A stretch of DNA of 60,230 nt from Sphaeroforma arctica JP610 (GCF_001186125.1 NW_014040001.1:1-60230); one strand, 5' to 3'; shown: positions 1-11,777, counted from the stretch's first letter. Program-made: numbers and translations. The notes: generated from the sequence alone by a model not told the origin.

Positions 1-7
1 TATATAT

Positions 8-287
8 ATAGACCTCTTCTCATGCACGAATATCTCAGCTAGGAAAAGTCCCTAGTCTGAGAGAATCGAACTGAGTCTTTATTTGTGTTTTCACTAGACT
101 CGGGATTTACTTGAGTGTTTCTCGCACACGCGGGAGTCCCGGTATATCTTACCGGTTCTACCGCTAATATTTCGGATGACTCTAATATCAAAAATATTCT
201 AATCCTAATTCCAAAACTCAGTTTTAAATGATTCTGGGATTTGGGATTTGGATTGGCTTTTTGATAATCGGGCCCTTAGATGCTACA
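8..287. repeat. Dispersed repeat A (LTR-like), copy 1, truncated by window start
   Basis: Aligns by eye with 5031-5361 and 5666-5986 (ATAGACCTCTTCTCA...CAGCTAGGAAAA...GATGACTCTAATATCA...TAGATGYTACA). All three end at the same ...ACA boundary. Confidence 0.8.
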
Positions 288-289
288 TA

Positions 290-460
290 TTGCTCACGTA
301 GTAACTTCATTCATCGTGTAACAAAAATTAAATAATTATTTAATTTTAGTTAGCTTAGCCTGTGAGGAACGTAATGTAAGAAATACAGTAGTTCGGTCAC
401 TTAAAAATGTGGTCAAAACCAAGTAGCACTCACTAAAGAATGTTAAGTCTGAAATAAGTG
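290..460 (+). repeat. Dispersed repeat B, copy 1 (~170 bp)
   Basis: TTGCTCACGTAGTAAC...CGGTCACTTAAAAATGTGGTCAAAACC. Recurs inverted at ~11778-11930 and direct at ~14350-14512. Confidence 0.85.
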
Positions 461-625
461 AATTCAGTCAGAAGTACCATTGGGAATGGCGTGCCTGCTA
501 TATTTTTTATTCACGATCCTAAGTGGAACGAGACTTTCTCTACCATCGGGTTATGTGAAAATACCCGTCTTTATGGTTTCGTATGAGTCATCACTCCTAT
601 CTCATTATATTCTCTATTCCACTAA

Positions 626-805
626 TCGGTCCGGTCCTCTGATCCGGTCCTCAACCAATTCCCTCTGTCCGGTCCTATGATCCGGTCCTCAAATAATCCC
701 CTAGGTCCGGTCCTCTGGTCCGGACCTAAATTCCTCTCTCAGGTCCGGTCCTCAAGTCCGGTCCTACATCCCTCTATCAGGTCCGGTCCTCAAGTCCGTT
801 CCTAA
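626..805. repeat. Degenerate tandem array of (GG)TCCGGTCCTC motifs
   Basis: Many TCCGGTCCT-like units separated by short spacers. Confidence 0.8.
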
Positions 806-1268
806 ATATCCGCCTAGGGTACTTTGTCCACAAGGGGACTATAACACGGGGTTGTATTGAAAATCAGAAAATTGTGCTTGGGCTACAATAGGCCAGTTAC
901 AGCTGGTATAGTAGTATGTGAGTTGACAATCACAACATAAACAATCATTCAGTCCGTGTGGAACAGAGGTGTCCAGTAAGCTTTACAAGGTAGTACAGCT
1001 ACGCTTGGAGGAAATGCTGTGACTTGACAAGAGATGGACATTTGGCTACCAGACTGTAAAGTTGCTGTTAGGAGGAATTGTTTTGGCTTCAAGAGTGATC
1101 TGTGAAATTTGACTATGAATTGTGGCGCTGCTGCTGGAGGCATTGCTGTGGCTTGTAGAGGGACTGATGTGTATTTGGCTACTGAGCCGCGGAGTTACCG
1201 TTGGAGGTATTACCGTGACTGGAAGCGGACCACAACTTGAGTACATTGTGATGCATCGATGCGGGGAG

Positions 1269-1503
1269 GTGTGACGACAATCGACACCAGAAGAAGTTAT
1301 TTTACTTGAGCGTTGGGTGCTACTGTTGATGATCCGAACGGACTACCAATTGATAGCAAATCACATACTACACGGAACAAAGTCGATAAACACAACACTA
1401 TATGATTCAAAGTGAGAGCTGCCTGGGCGTGACGACAATCGACACCAGAAGGAATTATTTTACTTGAGCGTTGGGTGCTACTGTTGATGATCCGAACGAG
1501 ACC
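1269..1503. repeat. ~75-bp direct repeat pair (~1271-1345 and ~1429-1503)
   Basis: GTGACGACAATCGACACCAGAAG...TTACTTGAGCGTTGGGTGCTACTGTTGATGATCCGAACG is present twice. Confidence 0.9.
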
Positions 1504-1521
1504 AGGTCTCTGCATTGCGCA

Positions 1522-2700
1522 TTAACCCCTATAATATCTTGGACAATTTTCTATTTTGAAGTAACTGTCTCTTTGTAACTTAGGAAATTTTGTCTTCAGT
1601 AGTTTGGACAGTGCAGGTTCATTGACTTTATCTCCTAAGCGTGAACGCATGATCTCTAGCTTTTCGTCGCCACCACACTCATTGATAGCTTGGTCGTATC
1701 TTTTCCTGAGTTCATCGTCTACCAGTGGCATACGACGTTCTGGTTGCTGGTCGTGAATGCCTATTCTCATTCTGTTAAAAATTGGCTACAAATCTACTCA
1801 CCAGGAAAGAATTGCCTTGACAAATGATTTTGTCTATTTCTAAACGTATTGCTGATACCTGGATGGGCATCTCCCCCCCCCCCCCCCCGGTGTTGGCTGG
1901 CTTGAGCCACTGCCTGGGCTTGCCCCCCTCTGTTGGGCCACCCCCTTGACCACCATACACGCCTGCTCTAGTTTCAGTTGGCATACTGAGTTGTCTGTGT
2001 TGGTGTCTGTGTATCGCAGGTTATTAGTAAAGACTTCTGTTATAGTCGTTCCGAATAAGCGCTTCACCCCCTTTGTCTTTGCCGGTGGCTTATTGTGTTC
2101 CTTCCTGTGATTAGGGAGGTGTGAATGGTGATTGTTGGTTCAACTTATTTCGTCACATGTAACTTTACTTGTGCGTATTTTNNNNNNNNNNNNNNNNNNN
2201 NTATTTTGTCATATGATATTTTTTTATTAGGCCTCTGGTTGCTGGTTGTGAATGGCTACTCTTATTTTGTGTAGACTCGCAATAGCTACTGATGCTGTTT
2301 GTTCCAATTTGGCTACAAATCTACGCACCCGGAAATAATTGCCTTGGCAAATGCTTTTGTCTATTTCTAAACGCACTGCTGATACCTGGATGGGCAACCC
2401 CACCCCCCCACTGCCTGGGCTTGGCCCCCTATGTAGGGCTGACATCCGTACCATCCGCGCCACCCCATTCACCACCATACACACCTGCTCTAGTTTCAGT
2501 TGGCATTTTGAGTTGTATGTGTTGGTGTCTGTGTATCGCAGGTTATTAGTAAAGACTTCTGTTATAGTCGTTCCGAATAAGCGCATCACCCCCTTTGTCT
2601 TTGCCGGTAGCTTGTTGTGTTCCTTCCTGTGATTAGGGAGGTGTGAATGGTGATTGTCGGTTCAACTTTCGTCACGTGTGACTTTACTTGTGCGTGTTTT
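1522..2700 (-). pseudogene. Tandemly duplicated decayed ORF (copies ~1740-2181 and ~2235-2700) ending in an RFX/D5-type winged-helix-like segment
   Basis: ORFs 1840-2067 and 2227-2589 share RLFGTTITEVFTNNLRYTDTNT. ORF 2227-2589 ends RVAIHNQQPE, which overlaps the start of ORF 1522-1770 (RIGIHDQQPE). Confidence 0.5.
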
Positions 2701-3654
2701 GTCATATGTGAATTTTTTACACCATTTTAATTAGATCTTCGGTCCTGGTGACGACACCTAAGATGTTCGGTCCTGTACCGAACTGTTGTGATGGCGATGT
2801 CACCTGAGATGTTCGGTCATATACCGAACTGTTCGTTTTTGTACCGTACCTACTTTGTCTTGTACCGAACTATCGTAGTACTGATATCCTTGTTAATGTC
2901 AAATCTAGTTTCAACTTATATGATTACTTGTCTTCTGGTTGGTAATTGTACATCTCATGGATATGTTACGTCCTGTACTGACTTCGTGTGTTATACACGT
3001 GCTTCCTGTTTTATGTCGTTGATGCGTGCGTGTATTCTAATAAGGAGGTACTGTGTTATGCTCGTGTCAAGTTCTTTCTGCTCATTAGAGTCTGATCTTG
3101 TGTGTGCACGTTTCCTTATGTTCATGTGTATTTATATTATGGAACTGTTCGTGTTTTTCTAGAGTGTGTATGCGATGTCGTGTTCTCCAACTTATAATGT
3201 TATTATAGTTGTTCTTAGGACTACACTCTTTTTGACCTCTGTTCTCATGCTTTGGCTGTGTGAAATCTGTTTCGTAATTTGATGTGATTTCCGTATGGAC
3301 CTCACTTCTCTTTATCTTTTATGGGTGCTTGCGTCCTTGATTGAATGTGTGTCATGTGAATTATGTTTGCCTATCTTACTAGTAGTGTATTAGCGTACTT
3401 GTTCCTCCTGTTTCGGATACTGGGACCATTTATTGTCTCTCTGATCCAATGGGTCGTTAAATGTGTATGTGTGTACTTATCACATGTGCAGTATTATTTC
3501 TGCTTGTGATCGTATGTTGTTATTCTTCCTTTGTTATTAGCTTGTTGCTTGTAAATGTACTCAGCTTCAGCCTGCTACATCTAATGAGGATCACTTCTTG
3601 CTTGTGTGCACATGATGTGTCTATGCTTGCGTGCACGTGATGTGGCTACCTTCT

Positions 3655-4025
3655 TGATCATTGATTTGTATTTCTTACATGTTCAGATATTACTTATCTA
3701 GTTTGTGATTTAACTCTACTACACTAGTTTATTCTTTATATAATAAGATAAGTTTTATGCTTGCATGTACTTAATGTGTCTACCTATCATTGATTTGTAT
3801 TTCTTATACATGACCTGGTATTACTTCTCTAGTTTGTGATTTAACTCTACTACCCTAGTTTATTCTTTATATAATAAAGATAGGTTTTATGCTTGCATGT
3901 ACTTGATGTGTCTACATATCATTGATTTGTATTTCTTATACATGACCTGGTATTACTTCTGCACCTGGTTTTGTAATTTAACTATCTACACTTGTTTTAT
4001 TCTTTTTATAATAAAGATAACTTTA
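3655..4025. repeat. Minisatellite, ~130-bp unit x3
   Basis: TCATTGATTTGTATTTCTTA recurs at ~3658, ~3787 and ~3919 with shared downstream sequence. Confidence 0.9.
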
Positions 4026-5030
4026 TTGAGTAGCTTGCGTCATCAAATGATGGTTGTTTCCCATCTAGATCTCTTTGAGTGTTTTGTGCACTCGATCTGA
4101 TTTATCAGGGCAGTTTTGATCGATTGATGCGTGTTATATTCCTTGTATGATCTTACCCTTTTTGATACTTCTCGTATATACTTGTGGACGTTACACTAGG
4201 CTGTTATCTTCTCTAAGAATTGCTTAGTACTTTCCCAATGCGAATATCTCCGTCGTTATTCTTATACCCTTGCTACCTTCTATACTTCTCGTATATACTT
4301 TTTGTGTACATTGGGATTCCACGCCACGTGATGCTATAGTATCCCACTGATGTTGGTTGCAATGTGGTCTACGTAACGCAATATTGTGATCTTATTGATC
4401 TGATTTTACTGTTCGACATGTTCTAGTGTGTCTAGTCGCTTCTTAGGATAATGCTCTATGCTTCACACCCCTGTTTTTATACTCTCTTGTGATGTGTGTT
4501 GTTGTAGAGTTTCTATAAACAGTGTTTCTTATTTGTGTACTATTGAATTTCCAACCCCTTGCCTCTATGTGGGGAGGTGTGCTATCCCCTAATTTATTCA
4601 GTGATGTGAAAAATCACGCTGTAAATCGCACTGACACTTTTGTGCAAATTTGTGTGTGTGCTGAGTCATTCCCAATATTGATAGTTATATCAGCTTGACA
4701 CTTTTTTGGATTTTTTTTCCACAATACGCGTAATACTGCAACAGAACCACCATATATTTACCTTTCTTAATCTTTCTTGGTTAGGGTATCACGAGGGCGG
4801 CGGCTTCTTCACTCCCTCGTCTTCTCTTTGTTCTTATTGCAGCTTGAGTTATCCTCAGCCTGTGGTCAGCTCTCCTGATGTGATCTCGTTCCAGTTTCCG
4901 GCTGTTGACTCACTTCTTGTTGTTCAGTAATCTTCACGAGTTCTGCTTGAGGGCTAATTCCCTAGCTCAAATGTTTTTTGTTGGCTGAATAAGCTTTGTT
5001 GACTTATCTAAGTAAGGATTTTGTAAAAAA

Positions 5031-5361
5031 TGTAGAGTATGCAGAGTAGCTGAAAAGTACGAGCCAAGGAATACAATAGACCTCTTCTCAAGTACGGTTG
5101 TCTCAGCTAGGAAAAGTCCCTAGTCTGAGAGAACCGAACTGAGTCCTTATTTGTGTTTTCTAATTGACTAGACTCAGGTTTCTACTTGAGTGTTTCTCTC
5201 TCACGCAGAGTACCGGTATAGCTTACCGGTTCTAGCGCTAATATTTGTGATGACTCTAATATCAGGAATATTTGAATCCTAATTCCAAAACTCAATATTT
5301 GATTATTCTGAGGTTTGGGATTTGGATTGGCTTTTTGATAATCTGGTCCCTAGATGTTACA
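5031..5361. repeat. Dispersed repeat A (LTR-like), copy 2
   Basis: Homologous to 8-287 and 5666-5986. Weak similarity extends slightly further left. Confidence 0.8.
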
Positions 5362-5665
5362 TTAGCACACACCCTCGGTGACTTACTTCCACTTTTGGAG
5401 GTAATTACCTGTCTCTTGTTCCTGTGTCCTGTAAGGACCTTCTTCTCCTGTCCGTTTCTACTGAGTGGTTATTACTGAACTCCTTGTCTCTTCTTTAAAC
5501 TCCCTTCTCAGAGTTGCCCTTTCTTCTGTTGTAGACTTCTTAAGTCCTGGAAAGCTTTCCTTCTTTCTTAAGATCTCGTTTTGGTTTACTAACGCGTCTA
5601 CTTGGTAGTTTCTGTCACGTCTAGTATAAAGGGTTTTTTGACCTATTTATTAGGAATCGTAAAAA

Positions 5666-5986
5666 TGTAGAGTGTGGAGAGTAGCTGAAAGATACGAGTC
5701 AAAAAATACAATAGACCTCTTCTCAAGTGCGATTATCTCAGCTAGGAAAACTCCTCAGTGACAATTGAACTGAGACTTTATTTGTGTTTTCTAATTCACT
5801 AGACTCTGGTTTCTACTTATTGTTTCTCTCACATGCGGAGTCCCGGTATAGCTTACCGATTAAACCGCTACTATTTCTGATGACTCTAATATCAAGGATA
5901 TTTGAATCCTAATTCCAAAACTCAATTTTTGATTGAGTATTCGGAATTTGAATGACATTTTGATAATCTGGTCCCTAGATGCTACA
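5666..5986. repeat. Dispersed repeat A (LTR-like), copy 3; abuts and truncates the Gypsy integrase relic
   Basis: Homologous to copies 1 and 2. Ends ...CTAGATGCTACA at 5986, directly beside integrase-coding sequence. Confidence 0.8.
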
Positions 5987-7620
5987 AGGTAGTAGATACG
6001 ATCCTTAACGGATGATATCCGAACTTTTCGATCCTGTTCACGTCGCAATCGCGACAACTCCATACTATTCGCCAGTTGTGTCCAGCGTCTTTAAGTGCGT
6101 AGACTGTCATGATTATTGAGTATGACAGCACGCCACTCTTCTCCGTCGGATAGGTTTGTGGCTAAGCAAACCTGTTTTATATTTGACCTTTCTAATTCTT
6201 CCAAGTCTTCAGTTTATTTATTTATTTTTATCCAAAGTCAAATATTGATTAGAATTGTGCTGAAAGCTTGTAGTTGCCATTATCCTTCCAATCCGGACAA
6301 TGACGATGATATCTCATTATCTATGGCATACATGACACCGGCCGTACTAAAGAAAGCTACTTTCGGATCTTGGTAAAATATACACTGGGGTCTGCTCTTT
6401 GCATCCCTTTTATTTCTTTAACCCATTTGTCCGATTTTCTAACGGAAAATATAGTGTAATCTCACTGCCTGTCTTCTTTATATGTTTATGAATTTTTGGT
6501 ATCAAATACCAAGGCGGATTTGCTCATGGATTCTTTTTTCGTCCAATCAATGGAAAATGCATCGATTGGTCCATCTTTAGTACAGTATCTGTTTAATTGA
6601 TGGTTAATATAACTAGCAAACAAATCAATGGCATGTTTGCCAAATAATGCTTTGTGTATAAGTAGTTTGGGTTTGTCATCCATTCGACGGTGTATACCCA
6701 ATGGTCAGACATTTCCTGAAACATATCCTTCCTTGCATCAGGAAGTAATCTTGACATTAAATCAGGGAAGTAATTCTTCTATCCTGTAATGTTTGTCAAT
6801 GTAAAATCAAACTGTTGTATGATTTCTTGCCAAGGTGGTAACAACGGGCTATTAGATGTCATCGTATGTGGATACGTGAGGCTTTATGGTCTGCTCGAAT
6901 TTGAACTTTGATCCATATAGATAGTCTTAAAGACGGCCAAAGCTGGAACTACTGCTAGCAACTCTCCTTGCTTGTCGAGTAGTGTATTTGATGTTTATTT
7001 AAAGACTGAAAAGAAGCGAATGTACATTTATCTTTCGTTTTTTTATTTTAAATAATACTCAGCCTATAGCATAGTCAGAAGCATCAGTTTCCAGAATAAA
7101 AGATAATCCGTCTCCTAGATATGATAAGATTAAGGCTTGGGCTACTTTGTTTGCTTCATAGATTTTAGCCTTTCATCCCATTCGTCATTCCACACTTTAT
7201 TTAGTGTTTTGAGGTTGGTGAGTTTATGGAAAGGCTCAGCATATTTTGCTAAGTGAAGATCTTCCTTTCTCATAAAGTTTGCCACTCCTAGAAGTGATTT
7301 TATATCTCCTCCAGTCTTAGACGCTGGAATCTTCCAGTCTTGGGCGCTGGAATTTGCATGAAGCACCCGATCTTCCTTCCGTATTAGCAGTGTAAGTCTG
7401 AAATGAGATTTTTTTAACTTTAGTTTTGACTATGTGTTTATTTAACCGCCTCAATACGTCTTTTCATGTTCGTTCGTGTTTCTCTTTGGTGTCACTAGCG
7501 ATTGAGATATCGTCTATATATTTAAAGACATTCTCAAGGTCTGCAAATAGATGTGTCATCATTCTCTGGAACATTCTACTACCATATGGATGCCAAATGG
7601 TGCATTTATACGCTTATGTT
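5987..7620 (-). mobile_element. Decayed Ty3/Gypsy pol: RT - RNase H - Dam-like N6-adenine methyltransferase - integrase Zn finger
   Basis: Minus-strand motifs in order: FQRMMTHLFADLENVFKYIDD (YIDD 7509-7520); IKSLLGVANFMRK...AEPFHKLT (7142-7366); ETDASDYAIG (7062-7091); ELLAVV/YLYG/ADHKA; WQEIIQQFDF...PDLMSR; IDLFAS (DLFAS 6612-6626); DAFSIDW; NPPW (6509-6520); CRDC...KFGYHPL (6006-6056). Stops and frameshifts throughout. Confidence 0.85.
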
Positions 7621-7639
7621 GTACTCCGTTCTATGTGGA

Positions 7640-8790
7640 ACTCCCACACGCCCACCAGCCTAAGGATACACCGGTGTGCTAAGCGCTTTTGGTGTCCATT
7701 GTTCTCATCATTGACGAACTGACGGATGCCCTCAATATATGACTTGAACCGATCCCAAGACTTTGGTGATTCCTTTATGAAGTCCTCCTTAACATCCTCT
7801 GGCTTCATATTCTTTCAAGTCTCTGGGCGATATTTCAGCAGAGTGGCCTATAACTGCGATGAATACTTGAACCACACTTCCCCAGACTTAATTCGAATAT
7901 ACTATTCGAACCTCTCAGCAATAGCCGGGAACTATTCAAATGTGTGCAAGTACTCCTTCAAGGTAAATAGTACTTGTACGGGGCTCGACCGGTCTTCTTG
8001 GATGCCGACGGCTAGTCTAGGCTGTATTATAGGGCTCTTCCAGTTCGGCCACCGCGTGTCCGACCACCGTAATGATCGCCATCATACGGACCACGAATAA
8101 CAAACAAACCTTTTCGACCCATGCAGTCTTATCCTTGTGTTGTATGGAATCTCGACACTTCCACACAGTAATAAACCTCGAGCGTCAAGCCCGGTTATTT
8201 GCAATACGTTCTTTTGCCTGTGCCACACCCTGAGCAAATCCTTGCGGGTCAAATTTAAGACTATCCATGAAGTTTCACCTTGACCCCGCATCACTAGTTC
8301 AGTTATGAACTGTTCGGTTATATACAATACGAGTATCACCTCCTATATATCCTTCATCGTACCATTGACACTCTCAATCTGACCATTTGCCTTGCGGCGC
8401 TCGGCTGAATCGAGCTCAAAATCTAACAAAATCGTTTTTGTCGGACTCTTTGCCTGAGTCAACAACAATTTCATCGGGTATACCAAAAAGTAGCAACATA
8501 TCAATGACTACCCCCAAGGTAACCAGATATACATGCCTGCCATACTTGACAACTTATGACCCCAAATCCACTTTGAAAACTTAACAAACAGGAAGAATGA
8601 TGGCTTCATCAGAGGGAACTAGGGGTTCAATCAAGTCAGTGCTAATCAAAAGTGGATCGAAGAGCTGGTTCCAGAGCATAAACGTGTAGCGGGCGTTACT
8701 GGTAATTCAGCTCGTAGTTCCATGATTTAAAGCCTTATTGTCGGTGATGAACTGGCTGGTGTACAAGTGTCTAAGCTTACCGGGCTTAAT
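7640..8790 (-). mobile_element. Second decayed Gypsy-like relic: RNase H tail plus integrase core
   Basis: LRHLYTSQFITDNKAL (~8726-8780), ISTDLIEPLVPS, FGIPDEIVVDSGKE and ANGQIESVNGTMKD, read across frameshifts. Confidence 0.65.
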
Positions 8791-8939
8791 AATGCTCAGA
8801 CGGCGAAGCATTACTATCATTCCGAGCGCTATCAGCAGAATGATTCTGGGGCAATGGCTAGCGAAGGTCAGAAGGCACGAGAGACACCACAGATTGAGAA
8901 GGTGATAGTTCCTTACAAAGGCAGCGACGATACAATTGT

Positions 8940-9990
8940 CAAGGAGTCTACGTCGCGCCAAACAAGGAGCAGCACCTCCAAGCCAAAGCGCATCAAGATC
9001 ATCGTCAAGGTAGTGAGACGATTGGAATGGGTTATGTGGATGGTGCGTGCGGTTCACTACACGATTGAATATTGTAAGAATTGTCTGTCTGCGTGTACAA
9101 GCTGGTCGGAGTGTATGTATCTGTGTGTATAAGTTCCATAGCTTATAATGGTGTACTAATCGACACGATAATATGTCGTTTGCGTTTGACAGATGCCCGA
9201 GAGTATAGACCCATCAGCGCCAGAGCCTGAACCTGCTGAGAATGTCGTCGAAATTCCGAACGCAGGGACATCGCAGCATGGGGATACTGTACCAGCAGTA
9301 CAACAACAGCAAGCATCCACGTCCACAAAAGTTCATGACCACCAGCCTCGGGTTCAGAAACTGCAACAAACTCAGCTCCATCAACAACCACAACAACATC
9401 AGGCATCTACTACCACCACACTTTACACACACCGGCCTCAGGTTCAGAATCTGGCTCCGACTCAGCTACATCAGCCACAGACTAACATGATGTATCCACA
9501 ACAGCAGGTAGGCATACAACAGATGCCGCAGATGGGTAATTTTGGCTCATACTTTCAGCAGCAGCCCTTCAGAATCACACCACAGACAGGCAGTGCTCCG
9601 CCTATGTACTTACAGTATGGGTGATAGCCTTTTTACGGTATACAGCAGCTGTTGCAGTTCCCGATACCGCAGGTTCCGAATATGTTTCCCCTGGCACACT
9701 TGCAACAGTCTATGGCTCCACAGTATACGACACCATACAACAGCTCCAATATATACGACAACATGCAACAGACTGCAGGGGACATGCAGCAGATACAAAC
9801 TAGGAACTCCAATCAAAAGTGGACACACGCAAATACTACAACTCGGCATAAATGAAGGTGCTGATGACCTTGCCAAGACGCTGGATGAGCTGCTGGATGG
9901 TTTCCAATCTGGCCAGAATGCATGAGCGATGTTCGGAACCACGTGCACGCCAGCAAGAGAAAGAATCACAGAACTATAGACCGAATACTC
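8940..9990 (+). pseudogene. Q/P-rich decayed coding sequence, apparently spliced
   Basis: ORFs 9193-9624 and 9652-9855 are in the same frame, separated by adjacent TGA TAG. Upstream 9113-9192 looks like an intron (GTATGT...TACTAAT...TTGACAG). Confidence 0.45.
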
Positions 9991-10147
9991 AGATAGAAAA
10001 ACTATCAAGCTACTGCCTCAGACTTTAATTATATCGCAGGTGCATAATTCTCCATGTAATTTGTACCTTTCGTGCATTGTAGTATATAGTTCTCGAAGTT
10101 CCGGGAGGGCCTTTCTCCTCGAAGCAAAGATAGAACCTTCGAGACCC

Positions 10148-10431
10148 ATTTGGAACTATATTCTATACTGAAGTTCGCCCATCAGTTTCTAATATTTGAT
10201 ACTTCAATAACCGCGACAATGATTACACTCAATGCTTCTCTCATCAGGACTAAGGTCTCGCTGTATCTCGACATATCTCACTGAATCTCGAATCGTCTCG
10301 CCTCAGCCTCGACTCTTCTCGATTCAGTTCGAATATGTCTCGAAAAAGCTTAACATTAGTCCTGCTTCTCGAACTATCTTCAAATATTAGGAACTGATGG
10401 GCGAACTTCAGTTTCGAACATAGTACCAAAT
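10148..10431. repeat. Inverted repeat pair, ~52-bp arms (10148-10199 / 10380-10431), MITE-like
   Basis: ACTGAAGTTCGCCCATCAGTTTCTAATATTTGA versus TCAAATATTAGGAACTGATGGGCGAACTTCAGT. Confidence 0.8.
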
Positions 10432-10559
10432 ACGTCACATTAGATTCTGTTCTTGTTCTGTGATGTTAGCGGCGACCCAAGCACATAATCTCGTACTCGT
10501 GGCCACCCAGATTAAGGTAAATCCAATATCTTGGCATCGACCCTATAGAATGTCTGCTA

Positions 10560-10966
10560 GCTCTTGTTTCCAGCAAATTCAACCGTGAGCTCGACCAGCC
10601 CTTACGATCGGGTACACCTGTCCACAGAACCCATCAAGCCAGCCCTCCTTGGCTGCCGATCGATATTCTCGCTTCATGTTTGAACCAGCCAGCCCTTCGG
10701 CAATATATTTACCTCAGCCCCACTGTCCAGTATGGCCGATACTATGCGACCGTCAATTCGCAGTTCGTCTCGCCAGATTCTTTTGCTATCCCGTAGCCGT
10801 GGTACGATCGGCCTGTCCCATCATGCCTGCTTGCATACGATTGTCTATGGCCTTTCTTACAACACATTCTGCACTCGCCGTCAAACGAACAGTCGTTAGC
10901 AAAATGACCAGCTTTTCCATATTTGTTTTTGCTGCCATTTTCATCTCTACCCTGACTCGAGCACTC
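10560..10966 (-). mobile_element. LTR retrotransposon gag zinc knuckles plus aspartyl protease relic, cut by an N gap
   Basis: Minus strand reads KYGKAGHFANDC-SFDGE-CRMCCKKGH (~10848-10925, two CCHC-like knuckles) and then AILDSGAEVNILP (10698-10736). Confidence 0.75.
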
Positions 10967-11777
10967 NNNNNNNNNNNNNNNNNNNNNNNNNNNNNNNNNN
11001 NNNNNNNNNNNNNNNNNNNNNNNNNNNNNNNNNNNNNNNNNNNNNNNNNNNNNNNNNNNNNNNNNNNNNNNNNNNNNNNNNNNNNNNNNNNNNNNNNNNN
11101 NNNNNNNNNNNNNNNNNNNNNNNNNNNNNNNNNNNNNNNNNNNNNNNNNNNNNNNNNNNNNNNNNNNNNNNNNNNNNNNNNNNNNNNNNNNNNNNNNNNN
11201 NNNNNNNNNNNNNNNNNNNNNNNNNNNNNNNNNNNNNNNNNNNNNNNNNNNNNNNNNNNNNNNNNNNNNNNNNNNNNNNNNNNNNNNNNNNNNNNNNNNN
11301 NNNNNNNNNNNNNNNNNNNNNNNNNNNNNNNNNNNNNNNNNNNNNNNNNNNNNNNNNNNNNNNNNNNNNNNNNNNNNNNNNNNNNNNNNNNNNNNNNNNN
11401 NNNNNNNNNNNNNNNNNNNNNNNNNNNNNNNNNNNNNNNNNNNNNNNNNNNNNNNNNNNNNNNNNNNNNNNNNNNNNNNNNNNNNNNNNNNNNNNNNNNN
11501 NNNNNNNNNNAAAGTGAGGTTCTACTTAATAGCCCGCCCCAACCGCCGTTTGATCCACCGGGATAAATCCTATCTTAGTGTATCCACACGTCTTCTGAGT
11601 CCAAGTTATTATAAGCCTAGTACTGTACGACAAAGTCGCATTGACAACTGAATACTTGGTCTTACCAAGATTTCATCTGGTAGACCGCAAGCAACCCTGG
11701 GCTTTCTTGGAAAAATGTGTCGTTACTCTTCCCACAAAGTAAGGTTATACTTAATAACCCGCTCCAACCGCTGATTC

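Noticed and set aside
6370..6701. DIRS1 element as the source of the Dam-like domain
   Set aside because: The flanking RNase H is Gypsy-type, the domain is followed by an integrase CxxC-GYHPL segment, and no tyrosine recombinase motifs were seen.
5987..10966. A single element with Gmr1/Copia-like order (protease - integrase - RT)
   Set aside because: The 8.1-8.7 kb integrase has its own RNase H remnant upstream, and the RT-RH element has its own integrase start at ~6050, so these are at least two separate relics.
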